A stretch of DNA of 64,000 nt from Parcubacteria group bacterium (GCA_016186395.1 JACPLU010000003.1:148022-212021); one strand, 5' to 3'. Positions 9,060 through 17,823 are shown, numbered from the stretch's first letter. Notes: generated from the letters alone by a model not told the origin. Program-made: numbers and translations.

Positions 9060-10088
9060 ATGCATAGAATTTCAAGAAGAATAATTTTTTGGATAGCAGT
9101 AGTATTATTTTTATTTGGGAGCTATACGATTATTAAATATGCTCAAGGTTACAGATTTGAAATTCAGGAAATGAGTTTTATAAAAACCGGGGCAATTTTA
9201 CTAAAGACTTTTCCTAAAAAAAGTGAAGTTTTTATTAATCAAAAATTTGTTGATACAACCTCATTAATCAGTGGAGAGTTTACAAAACGTTTTTTGTTGC
9301 CGGATACATACAGTGTTGAGATTAAAAAGAGTGGAAAACAATTATGGCGTAAACAAATTCAGGTTAAAGCGTCAGAAGTGTCTCAATTTTTAAGTATTTA
9401 TTTACCTCCAGAATCTTTAGATTTTAAAAAATCAGATTCGACTGAAGAATATCTGACGAAATCCGTTTCTTTAAACTTTATCACGGAAAGATATTCATTC
9501 AACTCTAGAGATAGAAGGATATATCATTTAAAGGAAAATGGTCAATTAGAAGATATTGAATTGGATGTCCAAAAGGTTATAGATTTTTCAGCGTTACCAT
9601 TTTCTTCTCAATATAGATTTTGGGAGGTTGGTTTTGGTAAGAACAATTTAACCTTTGTTATTTCAAAAGTATCTGCGAAATCAGAAAGTGGTGTCTTGTT
9701 TGTGTTGGAAAATGGTGTGTGGAAACTAATAAATGGTAATGTAAGATCGGTATTTTTATCTAGAGATCAAAAGAAAATTGCAATACTTGGTAAAAATGAA
9801 ATTCTAATTTATTGGTTTGAGGACGAGTTGATACCACCAAATTACTATAAAGGTCAGTTAGAGTTAATAGTTAGGAGATCAGATTCGGTTTCAAAACTTT
9901 TTTGGTTTGATGATGAACATTTACTTTTTCTGTCTGGAGGGAATGTTTTACTTACGGAGGTTGATACAAGGGGTACTAGAAATACCTACGAGTTAGCAAA
10001 AGGGGTAGATGATTTTTTTTACGATCGAGATGGTAACTTGTTAGTTATCAAAAAAGACGGCGAAACATTAATGACTAATTTTGATTAA
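9060..10088 (+). CDS. Hypothetical membrane-anchored protein (342 aa)
   Basis: It has an N-terminal transmembrane helix and no recognisable catalytic motif. Confidence 0.4.
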   Translation: MHRISRRIIFWIAVVLFLFGSYTIIKYAQGYRFEIQEMSFIKTGAILLKTFPKKSEVFINQKFVDTTSLISGEFTKRFLLPDTYSVEIKKSGKQLWRKQIQVKASEVSQFLSIYLPPESLDFKKSDSTEEYLTKSVSLNFITERYSFNSRDRRIYHLKENGQLEDIELDVQKVIDFSALPFSSQYRFWEVGFGKNNLTFVISKVSAKSESGVLFVLENGVWKLINGNVRSVFLSRDQKKIAILGKNEILIYWFEDELIPPNYYKGQLELIVRRSDSVSKLFWFDDEHLLFLSGGNVLLTEVDTRGTRNTYELAKGVDDFFYDRDGNLLVIKKDGETLMTNFD

Positions 10089-10162
10089 TCTAAATACTAT
10101 ACGGGACTGCATCGGGTTCGTTATTTGTTAGACTAAACAGCTTAGAAAGATCCTGTTACTTT

Positions 10163-10720
10163 CTATCGTTTACTCCATTGCGGTGCCCTTCTTGCTTTTT
10201 TGAGGCCATATTTGCGTCTTTCTTTTTCTCTTGGGTCACGAGTTAAAAGTCCGGCTTTTCTAAGCTTCTTTTTATAGTTTTGATCAAATTCTACCAGAGT
10301 TCTAGCTAAGCCATGTTTAATTGCTGCTGCTTGGCCGCTTAGTCCACCTCCATTGACCATCGCTTTTGCTTTAAATCTATTTAATGATTTGAGTTTCTTT
10401 AAAGGTTCTTCAACTATTAATTGAAGTTCTTTATTTGAAAAATAACTTTGATACGGTTTATTGTTGACTTCAATTAAACCTTGATTTTCTGGTATCTCGT
10501 CAGTTGCTTTTTTGGTATAGAGACGAACTCTGGCGGTGGATTCTTTTCTTCTGCCAATTGCTTCAAAATACCTTTCTTTTTCTTTGGTGTCATCCAGTTC
10601 GACCGTTTCGAGTTCTTCAGGCGAATCAATAACTTCAGTTATATCTTTGTTTGGTTTGCTTTCTGTTTTGAGTTTAGTCTTTTTTGTTTCTTTTTTAGTT
10701 GTTGGTTTTTTTACTGTCAT
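10163..10720 (-). CDS. rpsI: 30S ribosomal protein S9 with a lysine-rich N-terminal extension of about 55 aa
   Basis: The C-terminus (GGGLSGQAAAIKHGLARTL...KARRAPQWSKR) is the S9 signature. Confidence 0.9.
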   Translation of the reverse strand: MTVKKPTTKKETKKTKLKTESKPNKDITEVIDSPEELETVELDDTKEKERYFEAIGRRKESTARVRLYTKKATDEIPENQGLIEVNNKPYQSYFSNKELQLIVEEPLKKLKSLNRFKAKAMVNGGGLSGQAAAIKHGLARTLVEFDQNYKKKLRKAGLLTRDPREKERRKYGLKKARRAPQWSKR

Positions 10721-11063
10721 TTTTATAAATTTCTAAGTTTTTAATAATTTTTGACCTAAGTCTGTTTTTAGGCAACATGGCTAAAACTGTTTGTTTAACT
10801 AATTTTCTTGAGTCCTTTTTTACGACTTTCTCTAGACTTTCTGCCTTAATTCCACCTGGGTATCCAGTGTATCTGTAGTAGATTTTATTTTTTAGTTTTT
10901 TACCAGTAAATTTTAGTTTATCAGTGTTAACAACTATTACTTTTGTTTGAGGTAGTATATTGTATTCAAAAGAAGGTTTATTTTTGTCGCGTAAAAGTAT
11001 AGCAATTTGAGTTGCTAATCTTCCTAATACTTGATTTGTGGCATCTATTTTAACTTCGGTCAT
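10695..11063 (-). CDS. rplM: 50S ribosomal protein L13
   Basis: GRLATQIAILLRDKNKPSF...YYRYTGYPGGIK matches L13. The ATG at 11063 is preferred over the TTG start in the ORF track. Confidence 0.85.
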   Translation of the reverse strand: MTEVKIDATNQVLGRLATQIAILLRDKNKPSFEYNILPQTKVIVVNTDKLKFTGKKLKNKIYYRYTGYPGGIKAESLEKVVKKDSRKLVKQTVLAMLPKNRLRSKIIKNLEIYKNDSKKTNN

Positions 11064-11165
11064 GCGCGATACCAATATACTAACGCATACTAATTATACT
11101 CATAAGATTCGTCGCGTCAGACGCGATTCGTATCATTAGTATCAATTCGTATATTTGAATCGAAT
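11064..11165. repeat. Alpha-operon intergenic structured repeat, copy a
   Basis: It shares about 95 nt with copies b and c: GATACCAATATACTAA(C/T)(G/A)CATACTAATTATACTCATAAGATTCGTCGCGTCAGACGCGATTCGTATCATTAGTATCAATTCGTATATTTG. Confidence 0.8.
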
Positions 11166-11513
11166 TCAGATAAATTCTATTTTTGCCATTTTTGCTCCAT
11201 CACTTAATCTCGGAGGCAGTTTGTGGATTCTTGTATACCCACCACCGCGCTCTTTATATCTGGGGGCAATTTGGTTTATTAACTTTTGTGTTATTGGTTC
11301 GGTGAGAGATTTTCTTAGTAATCTTATTTTTGATAGAGACCCATTTCGGGCATGAGTTATTAATTTTTCAATTTTTGGTCTCATTGCTTTAATCTTTGTT
11401 TCGGTACTAATTATGCTTTCACTGAGTATAAATGAAGAAATAAGGCTTTTCATTAGAGCTTTTCTTTGGGGTTTTATCCTGCCAAATTTCTTTTGTTTTC
11501 TCTGCTTACGCAA
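11166..11513 (-). CDS. rplQ: 50S ribosomal protein L17 (TTG start)
   Basis: MRKQRKQKKFGRIKPQRKALMKSL and the C-terminus GGGYTRI are L17 signatures. Confidence 0.9.
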   Translation of the reverse strand: MRKQRKQKKFGRIKPQRKALMKSLISSFILSESIISTETKIKAMRPKIEKLITHARNGSLSKIRLLRKSLTEPITQKLINQIAPRYKERGGGYTRIHKLPPRLSDGAKMAKIEFI

Positions 11514-11615
11514 ATGCGCGATACCAATATACTAATACATACTAATTATACTCATAAGATTCGTCGCGTCAGACGCGATTCGTATCATTAGTATCAATTC
11601 GTATATTTGAATCGG
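11514..11615. repeat. Alpha-operon intergenic structured repeat, copy b
   Basis: Nearly identical to copy a. It fills the entire rpoA-rplQ gap. Confidence 0.8.
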
Positions 11616-12386
11616 TTATCGTTTCTTTGTAACTCTCTTTTTCTTCACTACTTTTTCTTTCGGTATTTTTTGAATTAAATCTTGTTTTTCCAGTTCTTCA
11701 ATACTTTCTTTTGATCCGCGAATGATTTCGAAATGTTGAACAAGTAAATCCCCCGCTTTTTTAAGTGCTACTTCTGGTGAAACACTTCCGTCTGTCTCAA
11801 CTTCCAGTATTAATTTATTAAAATCAGTTCTTTGTCCAACACGGATGGTATCTACTTTGCAGTTTACGTGTTTACAAGGGCTAAAAATTGAATCAAGAGC
11901 GATGCTTCCGATTGGAACTTTTTCTTTTTGATGCATTTCGGATGGTACAAAACCCATTCCTTTTTGAACATCCAACTCAATATTAAATTCAGCCTTTTTA
12001 TCTGTTAGGTTAGCTATGTGTTGATTTTTATTGACGATTTCAACATCAGCTGTGGTTTGAATATCGCCTGCAGTCACCTTTCTTTTACCCGTGGCTTCAA
12101 GTTTTAGAGTCACTGGTTCTTGACCGTAAAATTTGAAACGAACCATTTTTAGGTTTAATACTATGTCTACAACATCTTCCAGGACATAAGGTATGGTTGT
12201 GAATTCGTGGGTTGCACTTTTGATCCTAATCATAGTTATAGCTGCACCTTCAATGGATGAGATTAAAATGCGGCGAAGGGCATTTCCAACTGTTACCCCA
12301 TACCCCGGAGATAAGGGCGCTATTTCAAAAATTGTTTTATTTCCTTCTTTTTGTATGATTTTTGGTTCGGCTGGAAGTATAATCAA
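11616..12386 (-). CDS. rpoA: DNA-directed RNA polymerase alpha subunit, N-terminal domain only (256 aa; TTG start)
   Basis: GYGVTVGNALRRILISSIEGAAI is the alpha-NTD motif. The protein ends in a lysine-rich tail, and no alpha-CTD helix-hairpin-helix segment is present. Confidence 0.85.
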   Translation of the reverse strand: MIILPAEPKIIQKEGNKTIFEIAPLSPGYGVTVGNALRRILISSIEGAAITMIRIKSATHEFTTIPYVLEDVVDIVLNLKMVRFKFYGQEPVTLKLEATGKRKVTAGDIQTTADVEIVNKNQHIANLTDKKAEFNIELDVQKGMGFVPSEMHQKEKVPIGSIALDSIFSPCKHVNCKVDTIRVGQRTDFNKLILEVETDGSVSPEVALKKAGDLLVQHFEIIRGSKESIEELEKQDLIQKIPKEKVVKKKRVTKKR

Positions 12387-12389
12387 AAA

Positions 12390-12490
12390 ATAGTGATACC
12401 AATATACTAATGCATACTAATTATACTTATAAGATTCGTCGCGTCAGACGCGGTTCGTATCATTAGTATCAATTCGTATATTTGCATCGG
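12390..12490. repeat. Alpha-operon intergenic structured repeat, copy c
   Basis: It matches copies a and b with a few substitutions. It fills the rpsD-rpoA gap. Confidence 0.8.
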
Positions 12491-13126
12491 TTACCTTGAG
12501 TAATATTCAATGATCATTTGTAAATCTCTTGGATCAATACCGGAGTCTTCTGATAATGGAGACTCATCAATTTTACATATTAGATTATTTTTGTCAAGTT
12601 TTATCCACTTTGGCGGATCGTATTTTTTAATACTGGTTGGGAGTATAGAGGAAAAATATTTATTATTTTTTTTGTCGTTCTTTATGGAAATTGTATCGCC
12701 TGTTTTTGTTTGAAATGATGGAATTGATATTTTTTTGTTGTTTACCATTATATGTCCGTGACTTACCAATTGTCTTGCTAAATCACGAGCATCCGCGAAA
12801 CCGCACCTAAAAACAATATTATCTAATCTTGTTTCAAGAAGTTTGACTAAAACATCTCCACTATTAAGTTTACTTTCAATTGCTTCTTTTACATAATTTT
12901 TAAATTGTTTTTCAAGAATTTTATAAATATGTTTTATTTTTTGCTTTGCTGAAAGCTGGGCTCCAAATTCCGAAAACCGACGTATTCCTTTCGGGCCATG
13001 CATTCCCGGAGGGTAAGGTTTTTTAACCATGGCTGCTTTTGGAGAGTATGAACGCTCACCCTTTAAAAAGAGTTTTTGTCCAATTCTTCTTTCTAATTTT
13101 TCTTTTGGTCCTGTGTAGCGAGCCAT
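12491..13126 (-). CDS. rpsD: 30S ribosomal protein S4
   Basis: MARYTGPKEKLERRIGQKLFLKGERS is the S4 N-terminus, and an S4 RNA-binding domain follows. Confidence 0.9.
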   Translation of the reverse strand: MARYTGPKEKLERRIGQKLFLKGERSYSPKAAMVKKPYPPGMHGPKGIRRFSEFGAQLSAKQKIKHIYKILEKQFKNYVKEAIESKLNSGDVLVKLLETRLDNIVFRCGFADARDLARQLVSHGHIMVNNKKISIPSFQTKTGDTISIKNDKKNNKYFSSILPTSIKKYDPPKWIKLDKNNLICKIDESPLSEDSGIDPRDLQMIIEYYSR

Positions 13127-13332
13127 GCGAATTATGTCTACAAGCGTAGCGCGTAGCTACAGAATTCAGCACCCAGCTCCACTTTTACCATTTCAACATA
13201 AGCTTACTACTATAAAGACTACATAAGGCTATTTAGCCCGGCAATTTAAAGCTTTAAATTGCCGTTATTCAAATAGTAAAAGTGGGGCTGGGTAACTTTT
13301 TGTAGCTCCTCGACAAGCTCGGAGACAAAAAA

Positions 13333-13776
13333 TTATACCCTTCTTGGTTTTGCTGGTTTGCATCCATTATGTGGTATTGGTGTTGCGTCTATAATCGCGT
13401 TTAATTCTATTCCGGCTGATGCTATTCCTCGAATTGCGGCATCTCTTCCTGGTCCAACGCCTTTTACATAAACAGTAACCTCGGCAAGTCCGAAAGATTT
13501 TGCTTTTTCTGCGGCTATTCTTGCGGCCGTTGTTGCTGCGTAAGGCGTAGATTTTCTTGTTCCTGAAAAACCGGTGTTACCAGAAGAAGCCCAAGTGATG
13601 GTTCCTCCCTGGGTGTCGGTAATAGTAATAATTGTGTTGTTATAGGAAGCATGAATATATACTGTTCCTTTAAAAACTTTTCTTTTTGATGATTTTTTTT
13701 GCAACCGAATACCCTCTCCGTTTGCTCCGGAGTTATTGCTTTCACCTGGTTTTGCAATAATACGTTTTTTGCCCAT
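13333..13776 (-). CDS. rpsK: 30S ribosomal protein S11
   Basis: GTVYIHASYNNTIITITD...AAEKAKSFGL...VYVKGVGPGRDAAIRG matches S11. Confidence 0.9.
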   Translation of the reverse strand: MGKKRIIAKPGESNNSGANGEGIRLQKKSSKRKVFKGTVYIHASYNNTIITITDTQGGTITWASSGNTGFSGTRKSTPYAATTAARIAAEKAKSFGLAEVTVYVKGVGPGRDAAIRGIASAGIELNAIIDATPIPHNGCKPAKPRRV

Positions 13777-14162
13777 TAGGTTGGTGATGTTGCTGGTCGT
13801 CTTCCAGAGCCCATAGTTTTTCTAAGGTTACCTCTTAGAGTTCTAGAGTTAGTTTTAGTTCTGCCACGAATTGGAAGTTTTCTAGCATGGCGGGACCCTC
13901 TCCATGAGCCAGCATCTTTTAATCTTCTAATATTATCTGCAATCTGTCTTCGTAGGTTTCCTTCTATTGGGTAACTCTTTTCTATGATATTTTGGATCTT
14001 ATTAATTTCCTCGGACGTTAAATCTTTGGCCCTTCGGTTCAAAGGTATATTTGCTGATAGTAGTATTTTTTTACTCAAAGTTAAACCAACTCCATAAATA
14101 TAGGTCAGTGAGGTCTGAATATTTTTATTTTCTGGAATATTTATTCCTGCTATACGCGGCAA
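13776..14162 (-). CDS. rpsM: 30S ribosomal protein S13 (TTG start)
   Basis: PRIAGINIPENK...YGVGLTLSKKIL matches S13. Confidence 0.9.
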   Translation of the reverse strand: MPRIAGINIPENKNIQTSLTYIYGVGLTLSKKILLSANIPLNRRAKDLTSEEINKIQNIIEKSYPIEGNLRRQIADNIRRLKDAGSWRGSRHARKLPIRGRTKTNSRTLRGNLRKTMGSGRRPATSPT

Positions 14163-14235
14163 AATAAAATTAAAATTTAAAAATCAGAGGTCAAAATTAA
14201 TTTTGCTTTTTGATTTTTGAATTATGCATTACTTT

Positions 14236-14349
14236 TTAGCCTTGTCTTTGTTTGTGCTTTTTATTTTCACATATACAATAAAGTCGTCCTTTTCTACGCA
14301 CGATTTTGCACTTATTGCATATTTTTTTAACTGATGCACGTACTTTCAC
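14236..14349 (-). CDS. rpmJ: 50S ribosomal protein L36 (37 aa, GTG start); missed by the 60-aa ORF cutoff
   Basis: Manual minus-strand translation gives (M)[36 protein letters not shown]. This is the canonical L36 zinc-ribbon sequence, in the expected position between infA and rpsM. Confidence 0.75.
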   Translation of the reverse strand: MKVRASVKKICNKCKIVRRKGRLYCICENKKHKQRQG

Positions 14350-14488
14350 CCCCACACCATAACAAGGATAAATATCTTACAGAATTAACTTCAGTATTAT
14401 ATGCATTTCCGTGTTATGGAAAGTTATCCCCCTACAATTCAAATTTTGGACTAAATCCTTGTTTGGTGTGGGGGTTCATTCTTAAAAC

Positions 14489-14695
14489 TTATAGTCTTCT
14501 TATAATTCTTCCTCTTTTTCCGTCCGGACCCAACTCTACTTGAACTTTATCTCCAGGGATAACCCGGATATAATTTAAACGCATTTTGCCAGCCAAATGG
14601 GCTAATATCTCCCTACCGTCGTCAAGCCGTACGTTAAAAGTCGTATCAGGCAGACTTTCTATGATTTGTCCTTGTAAAATTTGTTTTTGGTTCAC
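14489..14695 (-). CDS. infA: Translation initiation factor IF-1
   Basis: S1-like fold: GQIIESLPDTTFNVRLDDGREILAHLAGKMRLNYIRVIPGDKV. Confidence 0.85.
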   Translation of the reverse strand: MNQKQILQGQIIESLPDTTFNVRLDDGREILAHLAGKMRLNYIRVIPGDKVQVELGPDGKRGRIIRRL

Positions 14696-14780
14696 AAAAA
14701 TACTCTTCAGCTTAGATATTTATTGGCAAAAAGATATTAACAAAAAATGTTATTCCAGTCAATTGGATTGAGTATAACTT

Positions 14781-16514
14781 TTAAGGATTTACTACTTCTA
14801 CTGATATTTTTGATCTATTTTGGGGAATAGAGTGTTTCCAAAATGGGGAAATCAATATTTTCACTTTTTCAATATCCGGGTAGTTTTTAAAGTAAGAGCC
14901 TATTTGTGCTTCATTAAATCCGCTAATTTCTTTGGTAATTTTTTGTGTATCTACATCTGTTACGGCTTCAAGTTCTGCATTGAGGTCAAAAGAAAAAGTT
15001 TTGTTCTGTGTGTCGAGTTTTTTTGCGATTATTTTGTATTTTAGGCTAGAAGGAATGAATTTTTTGAGTGTACCTTTCTTAGATAAATAGGTATTAATTA
15101 TTTTTTCAATATCTTTTTCCAGCAAACTCATGGCCCATATTTTACCAGATAGTTCTATTGTAAACTTTTCTCCTATGGTGTTCTCGACGGAGCTTTTTTC
15201 TGTTGGGCTGATAGAAATTTCCTCGGCGCCGTAACTATTTATCATTCCTTCTCCTTTTATTTTTGCCATTTCTTTCACTAAGTCTTCTTTTATCTGTTGG
15301 GTTAACTCATTTGTTATTTTATCTATATCTTCTTTGGTGGCAAATTTTGTTTTTCCTTTGAAACCATTTTTCATATCTGACTCGGATTCCGCCGAGAATT
15401 TATCATATTTTGATGTGCCAATAAATCCCGGTATTGTAAATTTTGTTGGAGCAATGTTGTATTCTACTCCAGTTTTGTCTGCTATAACGTCAGTTTTTAT
15501 ACTCCCTGGTATTAACGTTCCGTTTTCAAGCTGGGCGCCGGGAACAGTTACTGTTTTTGTGATTCTAAAAATTAAACCTTCTTTAGTCTGGAATCTTGTT
15601 GTGGCTACTAGTGTTTGGGGGGCCGAGGAAAAGGCGTTGTAAATAATAATAGAACCAGTTGATTTTTGCTCTAGAAATTTATCGCCGGTAGAATTAACAG
15701 TTTTACTTAATGTTTTTTGTACTTCTATTAATTTACCTAATAATTCTGTTTCATTTTTAGGATTTTCAGAGGCAACCAAAGCTATATTTATGGTTGCTTT
15801 TTCTTTTTGGGGAGTGATCGTTATTTTTGCTTTTTGATTACTATTAAGTACCGCAAATATAATAACAATAATAAAGACAGATAAAATAGCGTATAAGATT
15901 TTCTTTGAAAATCTTATGGTTTGTGGACTAATGCTTTTTTGTTTTGAGGGTCTGATAATTTCTTTTATTGGTCTTTGTGCTTCCGAGAGTATGTTTTTGG
16001 GATTATAAAGTTTTTCTAATTCTTCTTCTGCTCTGTAATATTTGATTGGAAAAGTAATCTCGTTATTTTGGAGATTTATTTTTTCTGTCGGAGTATCTGT
16101 TAAAATTTCAGGTTGATCTATATTAATGGGAATTTCCGTTTTCTTTTCTGGCACATCCTGAACTTCTAAGGTTTCTATCTCATCGGCCTTTGGGGATACT
16201 ATTTCTCTGACCGGCGTTTTGTGCATGCCTTTTTGTTTCTCTTGGGTTTGGGAACTCTTTTTATGCTCTTCTAAAACCCTAAATCCAGTTTCAGTTGCTT
16301 TAGCTATAATTCTCTGGTCGCTTGTTATAATTGTTATTGTTTTTTTAAGCTTGTTGGCTCTTTCTGATAATAATCCGATCGTTTCTAAATCAAGAAAAAC
16401 CTTATGAGATTTAGGTACAACGAAAAAGAACTCGCTAGCCTCGGAGTTGTCTATTATTTCAACTAAGTCATCTACTTTGTCGTCCTGCTCAATATTAATA
16501 ATTTTTGGAGCCAT
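14781..16514 (-). CDS. Hypothetical single-pass membrane protein (577 aa) with a cytoplasmic N-terminal domain and a large extracytoplasmic C-terminal region
   Basis: One transmembrane helix (ILYAILSVFIIVIIFAVL). No confident family assignment. Confidence 0.4.
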   Translation of the reverse strand: MAPKIINIEQDDKVDDLVEIIDNSEASEFFFVVPKSHKVFLDLETIGLLSERANKLKKTITIITSDQRIIAKATETGFRVLEEHKKSSQTQEKQKGMHKTPVREIVSPKADEIETLEVQDVPEKKTEIPINIDQPEILTDTPTEKINLQNNEITFPIKYYRAEEELEKLYNPKNILSEAQRPIKEIIRPSKQKSISPQTIRFSKKILYAILSVFIIVIIFAVLNSNQKAKITITPQKEKATINIALVASENPKNETELLGKLIEVQKTLSKTVNSTGDKFLEQKSTGSIIIYNAFSSAPQTLVATTRFQTKEGLIFRITKTVTVPGAQLENGTLIPGSIKTDVIADKTGVEYNIAPTKFTIPGFIGTSKYDKFSAESESDMKNGFKGKTKFATKEDIDKITNELTQQIKEDLVKEMAKIKGEGMINSYGAEEISISPTEKSSVENTIGEKFTIELSGKIWAMSLLEKDIEKIINTYLSKKGTLKKFIPSSLKYKIIAKKLDTQNKTFSFDLNAELEAVTDVDTQKITKEISGFNEAQIGSYFKNYPDIEKVKILISPFWKHSIPQNRSKISVEVVNP

Positions 16515-16756
16515 TCCCAGTGCTACAATCTCGACACGTCGTCAAGCCATTTAAGAAATGAGAAAATAACGTGCCAAAATTTATATTTTTAACTTTTGTC
16601 CCAGTGATACAGTACAACTTTCAGAAAATGCAGTCGAAATTGTAGCACTGGGCATTAAATATATTATAATTCAAAGTTATTTTATTTTCCATCACCTTTC
16701 ACATCTTTTTAAGATATCCTCTTTTTTGAATCAGGTTATTTTAGTATTATATTGAT

Positions 16757-17056
16757 ATGAGTAATGAGATTTTTTCTGGCAATCTTACTGGTTTTACTTT
16801 TTTCATTTTGATTATTTTGGTTGGTATTGGTGTTGCTGTTATTCCTCCATCTACTCCGCCAGAATTACCTAGCGAGGAACCGGGTATTCCAGTACCAACT
16901 TCTTCAAGTGTGCCTTCTTTTGAACCTTCTCCTACAACCCCAATCTCTTTCTGGCAGAAAGACTATATTTATTTTTTGGGAGATGCGATTGCTACAGTAA
17001 ATGTGGCCAGCAAAAGTCAGGAAAGTTTGTCACCCGCTCCTACACCATCACAATGA
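16757..17056 (+). CDS. Small proline-rich membrane protein (99 aa), first gene of the toxin locus
   Basis: It has an N-terminal transmembrane helix followed by a Pro/Ser/Thr-rich region. Its stop overlaps the next start. Confidence 0.35.
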   Translation: MSNEIFSGNLTGFTFFILIILVGIGVAVIPPSTPPELPSEEPGIPVPTSSSVPSFEPSPTTPISFWQKDYIYFLGDAIATVNVASKSQESLSPAPTPSQ

Positions 17057-17820
17057 AATTTAGTAGTAGAATAGCTTTATTTATAATTTTATTTTGTTCG
17101 CCGTTTTTTGTTTATGCAAAATCTTATGAGCTTAAACTTTTTGTTAGAGAAGATGGGGGCATTGTTTTTGACAGAGACTTTCAGCCGGCAATTAAGTTAG
17201 TTGAAGTTAATTTAAATTCGGCCGTTAGTCAGAGTGATTTTTATGTTGAACTGGTTAGTATCCAAGCTAAAACCCCGATTCTAATTTTACCTATTAATGT
17301 GCCGAATTTAGGTAAATTCGTTTTGAACTTACCATTTATTCCGGATGTCGGCAGTATAGAAATAAAAAAACAGCCCGAAGCTCAAGTTCTTTTTTCAACA
17401 AACGTCTCGTCTCTGGCGGTGTGTAATCTCAATGGCAAATGCGAATCAAATTTAAAGGAAAATAAGGATAATTGCTATGCTGATTGTTTGCTTGAGGGTT
17501 ATGTTGCGCCTGACGGGGCGATTGACTCTTCTCTTATAAAAGGATGCTATTCTAAGTTTACCTGTATCGAGTTTTATAAGAGTCCTTATTCTATTGTTGG
17601 TGGAGTTTTAATTTTATTGGGCGTGGCTGGTTTAGTTTTTATAATTAAAAGAAGAAAAAACAGGTCATTCAATCAGTTTCAGATAAGTGAAGGGCTTCCT
17701 TCCAGTATTCCTAGCGAGCCTCCAGCTTTTAAAAATGGGCAGGGAGAACAGATTTTAAATAATCGAAGTTCTCAAATAGATAAAACTTCACCAGTAGATA
17801 CTAATCCGCCCCAGGTATGA
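17053..17820 (+). CDS. Secreted cysteine-containing protein with a C-terminal transmembrane anchor (255 aa)
   Basis: It has a signal peptide, eight spaced cysteines, a transmembrane helix (GVLILLGVAGLVFII) and a basic stop-transfer segment. Its stop lies 3 nt before the giant ORF. Confidence 0.4.
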   Translation: MKFSSRIALFIILFCSPFFVYAKSYELKLFVREDGGIVFDRDFQPAIKLVEVNLNSAVSQSDFYVELVSIQAKTPILILPINVPNLGKFVLNLPFIPDVGSIEIKKQPEAQVLFSTNVSSLAVCNLNGKCESNLKENKDNCYADCLLEGYVAPDGAIDSSLIKGCYSKFTCIEFYKSPYSIVGGVLILLGVAGLVFIIKRRKNRSFNQFQISEGLPSSIPSEPPAFKNGQGEQILNNRSSQIDKTSPVDTNPPQV

Positions 17821-17823
17821 TTT

